Shown in pieces: positions 24,938 to 35,900 of a stretch of DNA of 47,332 nt. The number at the start of each line of letters is the position of its first letter. Positions within the stretch are counted from its first letter, which is position 1. The stretch is from contig NC_068981.1 of the NCBI RefSeq assembly GCF_001194135.2, positions 170,846,883 to 170,894,214 on the forward strand. Reading direction: 5' to 3'. Source of the stretch: Octopus bimaculoides (Eukaryota). Below the pieces are notes generated by a model. That model saw only the letters and a list, made by a program, of their open reading frames with translations. It made no database searches and was not told the DNA's origin. The translations under genes and the position numbers were made by a program.

Positions 24938-25200
24938 GGCGGTGAGCTGGCAGAATCGTTACCGCGCCAGGCAAAATGTTCTGCGGTATTACATCTTCAA
25001 AGTCTGCCGAGGTCGAGTTTGCCTTCATCCTTTCGGGGTCGATAAATTAAATACCAGTTGAGCACTGGTGGGGTCGATAAAATAAGTACTAGTTGAGCAA
25101 TAGGATCGATAAAATAAGTACCAGTTGAGCACTGGGATGGATCGATGCAATTGACTTAAACTCTTTCTCAAAATTGCTGGCATTGTGCCAAAAGTTGAAG
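24938..25200 (+). mobile_element. SINE family C with a triplicated ~33-bp internal unit
   Basis: Head GGCGGTGAGCTGGCAGAATCG; three GGGGTCGATAAAxTAAxTACCAGTTGAGCA units at 25035-25134. Confidence 0.9.
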
Positions 25201-26264
25201 TCATTATTATTCCTGCGGTAAGGTAGATCTTGCAAACGTGAAGACCACAATATAATTACTTTCGATATTATAATAGGCTACTAAAACTCTGAAAAGTGTA
25301 ATTTTACGATTATTTGTATTGTTTTACATTTTGTTTAACTACTGGATCTTATGATATGAGAAATTATAAGAGACGCCCGGCTAAATATTTTGAAGGATAT
25401 AAACTCATCACAATCGTATATTATCTCAAATTCTTACATGCAGCTGGATGAATATCGCCTAACTCATAGCAATTGGAAACCATTGAATTTATTACAACGT
25501 TATAAATATGATTTCATTCTTGCATACCTGGTTTATCTGGATTACATACTGTATAGAAACTTACATAAAATGCGTGTGTGTGTGTGTGTGCAAGCGTTGA
25601 TGTATGTGATGTGTTGTGGTTGTGTATTTTTCTTTTTTCTTTAATTACACAAGCATAGATATGTATTTATGTATTTAAGAGACAGGCTCGCACATTACAT
25701 CTCTCGATTGTCAAATTTCTGCCGCTTCAGATATATATATATATATATATATTTATATCTTATACGTGCTCTGATTGATGTACGACATAAAATTTACACT
25801 CTTCTTTAAAGTTACACGCCCTTGAATTTAACACTTTGCTACAAAATTAATAAACAATCAGAAAATTTCCGAAAATTTTATTTTTATAACTTCCCTATAA
25901 TTTACACAGGTAATTTTCATTTATTTCTTTAACCCATTCCAGCAAAACCATTTACAGTTGAAATGTTGCCAAAAGAGTGGTGGATTCACAGAAGCGTTAG
26001 AATCGAGAAAAGTAAAAACATACTATTGAAATTCATTTTAGACGTTGACTATGAGTATTAATCGTTTGCATTAAAGCGAAAGAATATTATGTCATGTGTA
26101 CATCGAAGCGTTTTGTTTTAGGTGACGTTGAAAAATAACGAGTAACAGGTGACTTATAAAGTCATTCATGAAAAAAAGAACACTACGCCTGCAGTCCCTA
26201 TACTCTAGAATATTCAGGGTCAAGTAAGTGCTGTTTTGGGAATTTTTGTCGAAATCCCATGCTC

Positions 26265-26440
26265 TAGTTTAAATTATGTCATTCGTGTTAGAGCAGACCA
26301 ATGATTAAATGTAATGCAGCTATGGTCCCTGCCATTTTCGTGGTATCTGAGTCTAAACCATTTAACGTATAAGTCTATTTTTCCATTAAAGTTAGGGTGT
26401 GATTTTGGAGGGATAGATTTTCTGGCGATTTCTATTACAT
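26265..26440 (-). mobile_element. Old SINE-like interspersed repeat relic
   Basis: GAGCAGACCxATGATxAAA and AGGGTGTGATTTTGGAGGGA..ATTTCTA resemble a repeat I recall from Octopus; no second copy in this window. Confidence 0.35.
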
Positions 26441-27034
26441 ACAGCCTATCTCGTATACGTGTAAACTCATTGCATGAGACTTCGAAAATTTAGAACTAAA
26501 TAAAATTGGTCTTATCTTTTTGTTAATCTCCCAACAATAGTATAAATTATGCTAGAAAGCTAACGGTTTTTCAGACACACTCACCTCCAAATTGATGTTT
26601 CATAAATACGATATTATCAAATAAGACATTGTATGGTGTGATCATTTCGCACCATGAGAAGCAGATTCTTTATTTACTGAAGATACTAAAATAACGAATC
26701 TATATTGAATAAGGAAATAAAAAAACAATACTTTATTAATTAAATTAGGCCACACTAAAAATTATTGATTTCTCCTCGACGCATGTATATGCTTCACGAG
26801 AAATTTAATATGTTGTTTGTCTGAATTATAATAAATTTATGTTTTCATCGGCTTTTGGATTTTTCTTTTTGGTGTGGAGAAAAATTAATCTTGTTCTTAT
26901 CGAAACATAAGTATTTTATGAACCAATTAAAGCATGGCGGCTACTTTTGTTTTATCCTCATGACTAACAGCATCATCGTCGTTGTCATCGTCATCATTGT
27001 TATTATTATTCGTATCTTTACTATTATTGTTGAA

Positions 27035-27245
27035 GGCAGTGAGCTGGCAGGATTGTTAGCAGGTCGGACGAAATGCTTAATGGTATTTCGTCTGCTGCTA
27101 CGTTCTGAGTTCAAATTCTGCCGAAGTCGACTTTGCTTTTCACCCTTTTGTGGTCGATAAATTAAGTACCAGTTGAGTATTGGGGTCGATGTAATTGACT
27201 ATCTCCTTTTCCCAAATTTCAGGCCTTGTTCCTATAGTAGAAATC
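27035..27245 (+). mobile_element. SINE family C
   Basis: Full head, GGTCGATAAATTAAGTACCAGTTGAGTATTGGGGTCGATG core, preceded by (ATC/ATT)n. Confidence 0.9.
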
Positions 27246-27262
27246 ATCATTATTATTATTAT

Positions 27263-27420
27263 GGCGGTGAGCTGGCACAATCGATAACATACCAGGAAAA
27301 ACGCTTAGTGGTATTTCGTCCATCCTTAGGTTCTATGTTCAAACTCTGCCGAGTTCGACCTTGCCGTTCCTCAATAATGAGGCGTTGAACATTGGGGTCG
27401 CTGCAATCGACTTCCTCCAA
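27263..27420 (+). mobile_element. SINE family C, second tandem copy, internally deleted
   Basis: GGCGGTGAGCTGGC head immediately after the (ATT)n tail of the previous copy. Confidence 0.85.
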
Positions 27421-27439
27421 CCAATTTACTGACATTGAA

Positions 27440-28350
27440 TCGGCTTGTATTGGAGAAAAGAGAGAAAACTTAAAAAAAAAAAGCTCGTATCAAGCTAAAA
27501 GTGAAAAGACAGGACTAGGAAAATTCACCTAATCCATCAGCTACAGTAACAATCTCGACACACCCACACAAATCACAGCAACAAAAGCAATGCACACACT
27601 TTCAACCGCAACCACAACTCAAAAATCACCAAAACAGAAACAAATACACGAAGAGAAACAACAATCATAAGAACAACCCATACAACTGACTACAGAACCC
27701 GAACGCCGCGTCAACTTCACAGTCATTCGCAAGAGCAACAGCGAGCTGATGCAGGAAGTCAGGGAAAGCACAAGCATTTACACAAAAGGAGTAGGGTTCG
27801 ACTATTTCGGTCGAAAACTCCCTATGACAGACAGCTGATAAAAACGGAGACAAACACTTATCTAGAACATTAAAATAATACCCAAACGATGTTGGGCCTT
27901 TTAGGTTAAAGCCGGATAAAAGGACTTTAGAAAGACCCTTCATTAATGATAATGCATCAGACGAGGCAGCTGAATCAGCCGACCCTCTCAAAATCCAAGG
28001 TAAGGGACCTTCTTCTATTTTGTTTCTCCGATAAACAGTCGTTTTCAGAGTAGAGTATGTGAATGTTCGTAGCCTGAGGTCACCTTGGAAGTGAGGTCAC
28101 TTGCTAAACGACCTCAGGTCGCCTGATTTAGATGTGGCTGCAATTACCAAGACAAGGATTTCTAATGCACAAGCATTAGCGCCCATTTTCAATGACTATG
28201 AGAGATTCTCATTACGTGGTCTATCGGTAGCGGGTGGCGGGGTAGCAGTGCTATTCCGAAAATCCTTAGATTTCGAAGTAAAGGCAATATTTTTGGACCC
28301 GGGCGGCAGGTTGGTGGTCCTAGATGTGAATGGTAGTGAAAGTGGCGCCC
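27440..28350 (+). mobile_element. Tx1/L1-clade LINE internal fragment: ORF1 C-terminal part and N-terminus of the ORF2 AP endonuclease
   Basis: 28038-28350 VVFRVEYVNVRSLRSPWK*GHLLNDLRSPDLDVAAITKTR..GGGVAVLFRKSL..IFLDPGGRLVVLDV (NVRxL, ETR, GGVAxL, DxxGR motifs). Upstream T/Q/K-rich interrupted frame ending TAA at about 28033. Confidence 0.8.
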
Positions 28351-28765
28351 TCATCTTCTTTCAACTCTGTTTCCTTTTCTTGCCGAGCGTCTTCGTGACA
28401 CCTAGGCCATAGAAGAGCACTGTATACATTTGTAGGCCATTATATTAAATACGCCAGATTGCTGATTTACAAAGTCATGTGATAGAGAAAAAGGGGAAGA
28501 AAGCAGAGAGAAAAAGCAACGAAATAAAAATATAACATTAAACAAAGTAAACAAAGGGCAAAAAAGAAAGAAAATTCACAGCGACAATGCTCTTCTCAAT
28601 ACGTGATATACCAGTTAAGACAATCTTTTGCACTTTCTGCATGGACGGTAAGCCAGGGATCATTGTGAAATAATTTTCAGTTCCTTTTTTTTTAATCACA
28701 CCAATGGTTCCTGCAATCATTGATATTTTTAACCCGTCTTGAGATGCCATCTTTTCTCCTACAAC
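28350..28765 (-). mobile_element. 3' end of an RLE-type (R4/Dong-like) non-LTR retrotransposon
   Basis: EKRWHLKT..MIAGTIGVIKKKGTENYFTMIPGLPSMQKVQKIVLTG, frameshift, HVLRRALSL* (cf. VIGALG..LQKxxLLGTAHILRxxL), followed by an A/T-rich UTR. Confidence 0.75.
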
Positions 28766-28804
28766 TGTGTGGTATTATTAAATGTTGTTTAGATATTATT
28801 TTTT

Positions 28805-29200
28805 TTATTGAGTGAAAGATCAACGCATTCAATCAAAGTGGCACTGGGGTACATATATACAAAGCCCAATACACTCATCATGACTACCCGTTTGATAAGT
28901 GTACACCAGGCACATTTATCTCACCCTCACGTGTGCGACCTGGTGATATCATATCAAGATAAACAACGCATGACCTTGCAGGTACTGCTCAGTTAACATT
29001 TTCTTCAGTTCGAGTAGCCTATCTTATTCAAAAGGTCACTGAATAAGGTACCTTTAAGTATGATGAATGAAACAGCCATGTTTCTAGAGGTGAATTATTC
29101 AAATCCCAACGAATTTCTCTAAGCACATGGGTATGATATTCCCTCACTACCCCTGCTCGTGGTCAGAGATGCACATATTTTCAGCCACTATCAGTCATTG
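28805..29200. repeat. Interspersed repeat of unknown class
   Basis: ATCAAAGTGxCACTGGGG..CATGACTACCCGT..GATAAACAxCGCATGACCTTGCAGG..CAGAGATGCACATAT matches my recollection of a high-copy Octopus repeat; not verifiable within the window. Confidence 0.4.
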
Positions 29201-29649
29201 TCAGCCGTCCATCTTCTATAAATACGCTAATATATTTACTATTAAAAAGTGTCAACATATGAAATCATTATTGCTGCCGCTGTTGTTGCTGCTGCCATCG
29301 GTCGTCGTCGTCATCGTCACCATCATTATCATCATCATCATCATAATTTTCATTATTCATTGTTTTAGAAATGCATCTGGAGATATCATTCATCGAAAAA
29401 GAATTCGGTATGTTGAAGAGATTTATCTAATTCAAAATAATGCCTTGAGTTAATAACATTGTCTATGGTTAATGAACTCGTTCGAGGTTAACATTATGTT
29501 TAATGTCAGAAGTAGGTTCGATAGAATATTATTCGTAGACTAATCCAGGTTCAGCAACAATGTTCATGGTTAACAAATATGCCAAAGTTATATAAAAAAC
29601 AAAGTCTCTCTTTAACAAACATGGGAGAAAGCTTTAATAAGTTTAGAGA

Positions 29650-30200
29650 TTTCTGGCGTTCTACGTTTGTGGAGTGCACCCATAACTTCTATCATAGGCA
29701 ATTTTGCAATATTGTTACGTATATGGTTGTGTTCCACTCCAGCTGAGCCCATTCAAAATGAAATTTTAGATATATTCCCTAGTAACCATAATGGTTTTAG
29801 ATCGACATTTTGGTTGTAGATTCTTAGCCTATTAGCTCCTTTGTGTAGAGCATTATAGTCATTTAGTATTGCTCTATATAATTAGTATATATTTATCTTC
29901 TTTTTTTTTCTTTCTGTGCTAATATTATCTGGTGATCGTTCTGCATGTTAAAATTCCATAATATTTTTATATTGTTATTTTCTATGTCTGCAGTAAGTTC
30001 ATAAGAATAGCCGAAAATTTCACTTGCATATGTAGAGTAGCTTTGCTACGGAGTTTTAGAATGAATTAATGTTGGTGTTATTGCCCGAAGCATACTAATC
30101 TTTTATTAAAAGCTTGACCTATATTCCGGCGTAGTGTTAGACTAAGCCTACAATGTGTCAACTTGTTTTCCAAATGATGGGTACTCTATTTAAATAAAGT
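29650..30200 (-). mobile_element. Degenerate RLE-type (R4-like) LINE endonuclease region
   Basis: 29982-29932 ENNNIKILWNFNMQNDH (cf. ENxxVKILWDFxIQTD); upstream VD(H)IV..PEY; downstream NDYNALHK. Heavily mutated. Confidence 0.55.
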
Positions 30201-32411
30201 ATAGATATTAATTCTAGTAGATTATGCTTCCCCGTAGACACGTTTTCATTACTCATTGTTAAAGGATGCAAAGTAGAAAAACCAATCGTTATAAATGGTT
30301 TTTGCCTTTGATTCCCTAAATTTTACTTCCGATTTTATATCTGGAAAGACAGATAGTGATAATGAAGGTTATGAAATTCACTATATATTATTGCAATAAA
30401 TTTGAGAACTCCCGCAATCCACTATGCCATTATAGACAGGCGTACATCAGATACATCACGAATGAATTCGAGTCCCGTCTGTGAGTTAACCTCATTGCTA
30501 GATTTACAGTAAAACGCACTATCCAGCAAGTATATTTTCTTTACCCTTAAAAATCAATTTTCCATTAATAGCATATATGAAAACTAGGTCATTGGATTTG
30601 ACTGCACAAACATACACAGCAATAACCAACGTTAATTCCTTTAACGCTACATGGGCCTTTGTAGGGTAAAATCAAAGGTTTGTGTTTATCTTCATACAAC
30701 ATATATGCATAACATATGCGATGGGTCAACAAACTCGACCCATCATGATATCAAAGGAGCTGAGAATGTCTTCTTCAGTGCGTTTAATTACAATAGAAGA
30801 AGTAAATTGCGATATTTATTGCACTAATGCTTGGAATAAGTAAATATTTATCCTTTGTTGTATTCTTATATAAAGACACAATAGCTGTCGTGTATTTTCT
30901 TATTTGAGCTTCAGCGTATATATTCATTTTAATATAATAAATAATACTTTGCAAAAAAATGTACTGCGTTAGGAAATAAATGTGAAGATAGTGAAGACAA
31001 AGGTATTCAATTACTAACATGGTATTTAATACTCCTCTTGTGTTTCGACTGCACGTGAAAATCCATTCTAGAAGTTGACTGCTGCAACCATGACAGTAGA
31101 ATATATCGATTTATATTCGCTTCCTTCATTCGATTCTGTCGAAACAATATATTACAGAATAGTATACAATATTATTGCCATGCTGTTGTTTTGTTGGTAT
31201 ATTTTTTCAAGATTTCTTATTAACGCATCTATAATGCACCTATTCGTTTAAAAATGGCATAGAGCAATACATATATATATATAAAATGAAAACAACGTAA
31301 ACAGAAATGTAAGGCGAAAGAGTGAGTTATTTCTTGCCAATTTAATATGTTGACGTTCTCACCATGGGAAAAATGAAAGCGCGTTCCCTACCACTGAACA
31401 TGTCATACTCCTCTAATAAAGGAATCTAACTTGCAATAGCACAAGCCATATATTCCTAAATATGCAGAAGAAGAAAATATGTGTCTTACTACTTCGGAAA
31501 AATGTGTAAAATGTACAATACATTTCATATACTTACAGTAGTCATCTCAGTCTTCTCTGTAAAGGAGATGTGGTCTTAAAACTGACTATTTACAAATACT
31601 ACACCACCGGAAGTATGCAATAACGATGTTGTATCATTGCTAAACAATGTTAAGGCAGACATCGCTCATTACGTTTTTAAACTATTGCTTAAATTATTAT
31701 GTTCTTAGAGGGCTACGAAGAAATTAATTCGATATTCGTAATTGATGACACAATGCCGCAGAAACGAGTGCAACTCATGTTCCAATGACATTATTTATAG
31801 CCCAATATTTGTCACGCACATGAAGAGATTTCCAGGGCTATATCTGCACCGGAAATTCTTCACAAGTCCGAGAGTACATGACTATGTTAAATATGATTGC
31901 ATAGTGTTATTTTTTATCCAATGATACTTAAATCTCCACTAGTTATTTCATTCTCGCACAACTAAGCATTATGCACATCCGAAAATGTACTATTTGATGT
32001 TCTAAGGGTTGCGAAGGACAAATTCAATACTTGTAGCTTACAATGCACACTGATGCAGCAACATATCTGACATAAAATCCGGTTACATTATTCCCCATTC
32101 AATCTATTTTACGTATATTTTCTGTGAGATTTCCTCTTAATGACTATTTCCTAAACAATAGTTCTTCGGAAATTCGAGAGCACACAGACGTGTTAAATAT
32201 GATTGCGCATGATTGCATATCATTCAACGCTGATTTGTGCGGCTCTAGTCTCTCTCTACACACGCACATATACAACACAATGCAAGTCCTATAAGTGTGG
32301 CATTCCTGCTATTACACACAAACATTTCCGAAACCACATATTCAAGGACACCACATCGATTTGCAGAATTCAGTCCCCAACACACAGTAAAGTCTGGTTC
32401 ACAAGTAAATC

Positions 32412-32463
<52 letters not shown>

Positions 32464-32489
32464 GGGGGGGAGTGAGTCTGGGGGGGAGA

Positions 32490-32614
32490 TATTCAAAACA
32501 GTTTGATTCGTTTCCGTGCTACTTCAAGATTCGAAGCCAGCCAGAGGAGGTAGGCTCCGTTAGAGACTTCGAAACTTGAAGTAACACGGAATCAGAATCA
32601 AACTGTTTTGAATA
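32490..32614. repeat. 125-bp palindrome with ~47-bp arms
   Basis: 32490-32536 TATTCAAAACAGTTTGATTCGTTTCCGTGCTACTTCAAGATTCGAAG is the near-perfect reverse complement of 32567-32614; 30-nt spacer. Confidence 0.9.
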
Positions 32615-32949
32615 ATACATGTAGCTCTCAATAAATGTGATGTGTGTCCTTTCTTTCTTTTGTCCACTCACTCACTCACACACACACAAACACACTCACA
32701 CATATACGCACACATATATACACACACATACTCACATGCCCACACATATATACACATGCAGAGCAAGCATAACAATGCAGAAACGTATGCGTCCTACGGT
32801 TCTTTGAACTTAACCATAGACCTGGTGTGTGCTTCTAGACATTGTCAATCAGTCGAATTTCCTTCAGAGCCAAGTTCATCATCGAATGTGTTCCTAAGTC
32901 CGAGAGCACACGAACATGTTTAATACAATTGTATACATCTACATATGTG

Positions 32950-33004
32950 TGTGTGTGAGAGAGATTACATATACACACACACACACACATATGTATGCAT
33001 ATAC

Positions 33005-33086
<82 letters not shown>
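32950..33086. repeat. (CA)n/(TA)n microsatellite
   Basis: Direct reading. Confidence 0.95.
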
Positions 33087-33088
<2 letters not shown>

Positions 33089-34082
33089 CACATTTATAGG
33101 TATTTATGTGAGTATATGTATGTTTATACGAGAGTTGTATAGTATGAATGAGTGTTGCATTCAGTAAAGATTATATTCACCTGCACAGTCAATGATGTGA
33201 ATGGTCTTCTTTAAGCATTCGAAACCAGCTCGCTTATTCATTATTCTACGGCATTCCATGTAGGTTTTTATTATTTTCTTTACTTTTTCTTCATCAACTT
33301 TTTAAAATCTTTTGTCTTTTAAAAAGTCTTCATCGCTAAGGCATTATATTTTAGGAACTACAAATGGCTTTCTCCCAGTGTACAATTTTCTTTTGGAAGA
33401 AAATGGCTTCTATCGTAAAATAATCCACGCTGTGATTCAGCTCTCCAGGAACCTACCTATTCTTGTTGCATTGTTCTTGGTTGAATTTGAGGTATTTTTT
33501 GTAATGCATAAATTTTCTGCGTATCTAAACATAACTTGAAATATATATACGTTGTAAAAATATTGCGTGAAGTGCATAATTATTTTCACAGAAATTGTCA
33601 CTCAAAAATACATGAAATATTCCCAAACTTTATGTTCCAAAGACAGTTCAAATACGAGAACTAAACAAAGAACTATATTTAAATCTAATTACATGCTGTA
33701 ATTGTAGCTGAAAAACCGGCAAAATTTTCATGATTAGAATAAAAGACAAATAAATTTGAAACTATAACAAGAACAATATCTGTTGAAACTATTCATTTAT
33801 GCATTTATTGTTTTCGTCCATTTGCGCTGTGGTGATGCAGGAGCATCACCTTCAAGAGTCAATTACATTGGCTCTGATTCTTATTCTATTGAATAGCGTT
33901 TATCGTATTGACATGGGAAGGATGACATCTAAAGGGGGATAACCTATACCACAATATATTTTTCCTTTCTGCAACAATTCTGCAACTCACCTGCAGACCT
34001 TTATATAATCCATGCACATTCTGAAGAAAAAGACACGAAACAAGGAATGCGAATGAATATGCATATAGTATTTGTGGCACCG

Positions 34083-34390
34083 AAAGCAATAGAAATGTCG
34101 ATGATAGGATCCTCGCTAAAAGATCACATCCGAAATGAGGAGATAAGTGTTATAGCTGGGGTGACGGATATCGTTGTAGAATACCACCACGATTGGTGGA
34201 CCCGTACAGTTGTCGAATGGTACCTATGCAAGCGAAAAAGACCACGCAGAAGACCGCCAGTCAGGTGGGAAGATGATTGAAGAAAATTGTTTCGAGCAAC
34301 GTGTAGGAGAATGGCGAGAGCTGAGGGAGAATGAAGTGAATGCTGTCTCCAGCACCAGACAGCCTGGCCGATCCATGTAATTCAGGTGAT
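34083..34390 (+). mobile_element. RTE-clade LINE ORF2 3' end, internally deleted
   Basis: KAIEMSMIGSSLKDHIRNEEI..GVTDIV..WWTRTVVEWY..KRPRRRPPVRWEDD (cf. RAMERxMLGxSLRDxIRNEEIR..RWT..EW.P..KRxRGRPxxRWxDD). Confidence 0.85.
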
Positions 34391-35514
34391 ATCCACACCA
34401 GAAGAATTGTAAAGTTTTCCAAAATTGGTAAAATGACACACATGACTCTGGAAAGCATGTAATTATTTGAATTGAAATATGAAACTGATTTGTATTTAAT
34501 TGATTTCACACAGATTGGAAGCAAATTCAACTGATGAGAGATTAAAACTTAGAAGCAAGAAAGCGAAATACAACGCTTTAAAACATCAGTCTGCTGCTTT
34601 ACCTGGGGTGCCATATCGAATTCTGATAAGATTTTTTTTTAATGACTGACAATAGTCGCATTACAAGTCCACGTATGTGTAGAGCGCACAGTTGAATCAA
34701 CTCCAGAATCAACTTGAAACAACAGAAAAAATAAACTATCAACTTTACTATCATTATGGAAACTAGTGAAAAGCACATTAATCTTCACAATAAGAAAATT
34801 TTCAAGAGCAGAAGTAAAGTTTATTTGTAAATAACATCATTGTTACTATAGCCTGTTGTGTTGCAGAACATGTTTTCTTTCGGGGATGTTTGGTTTTAAA
34901 TCTAAAGATAAGAACAAAAACATTCATGGTGATGTCAATTGATACTGAAATCTTATAAAACAATAAAAATATCTGAAACAACGATCTGAATAAGTTTTCG
35001 CAACTTTCAGAAAACTTTACAAACAATAGAAAAAAGTAAGGAAATATGGTATACACAGTGTATATGGTGAAAAGTAATAAAAATTAAAGAAAGTAAAAAT
35101 TATATATACCACTGATTAAGTATTGTAAACACAACAGAATGTTTATGAACAATGACTCTCGGTAAGTTAACTTAGATAAAAAAAAATAAGGAAAATAATA
35201 CCAGGACGAGTAAATCCAAAATATATAGATAACAGGATGAACTAGCATATAAATGGATTGCTGTCCTCGAACCACAGTCGTGAATCAAATTTCAAAACAC
35301 ATCAGAACGATATCTCATATATAAAGCCAAAGTTTTATAAAATAAAAGCTTAATCACAAATGGAGTTCCAGATTTCAGGTTTCGACGTTTCATGAATTTA
35401 CAATACAGCTGTCAATATCTCATATTCAGTACCAAATGAAACGTGTACCCTCAAGGATCATAAAATAGAATACATATTTCAATTCAAAATCTATTGCATA
35501 CTTGGAAAATTACT

Positions 35515-35900
35515 CGAACATTTTCAACCATATGTTACGTAAATGTATCAAGTTGGCACAAAGAGATTATAAACGCAATGCAATGGCTTACTTGAGAATA
35601 TCCGCAAATAGCATTAGTTGGAAAAGTATGCTGTAAGGCCCTGTAAGAATTCTCTCTATAAACCAAGTGCTATAGAGGCACAAAAACAAGACATCATCGT
35701 AGTGAGAGAATGCAAATTGAGTAAGATCATAAATTAGCTTTTATCTTATTGTTTGCTATTCGAAGAACAAAATAAGTAGAAAATATTGAAAACATAACTG
35801 AAATTGACAGGACAGAGAAAATGCTTGAAGCATGGAGTGCCGTTGCTGGTATGGATCCCAAATTGGAATAAAACTGGTTAGATCGACTGGTTTATTTAAA
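35515..35900 (+). mobile_element. Degenerate RLE-type (R4-like) LINE: CCHC and endonuclease region
   Basis: 35526-35576 NHMLRKCIKLAQRDYKR (cf. xHIVSxCxKLAQREYKRRHD); 35672-35704 IEAQKQDIIVV (cf. IEARRPDIVV). Confidence 0.6.

Noticed and set aside
25035-25134. CRISPR-like repeated ~33-bp units
   Set aside because: No unique spacers; eukaryotic SINE-internal tandem units; no cas genes.
34022-34045. Perfect CUGAAGA..GAAAC hammerhead core
   Set aside because: The intervening AAAGACAC cannot form stem II, and there is no stem I or III.
35372-35432. Minus-strand CUGAAUA..UCAU-GAAACGUCG, PLE-terminus-like
   Set aside because: The core, stem II closing pair and stem I are all defective; too weak to count.
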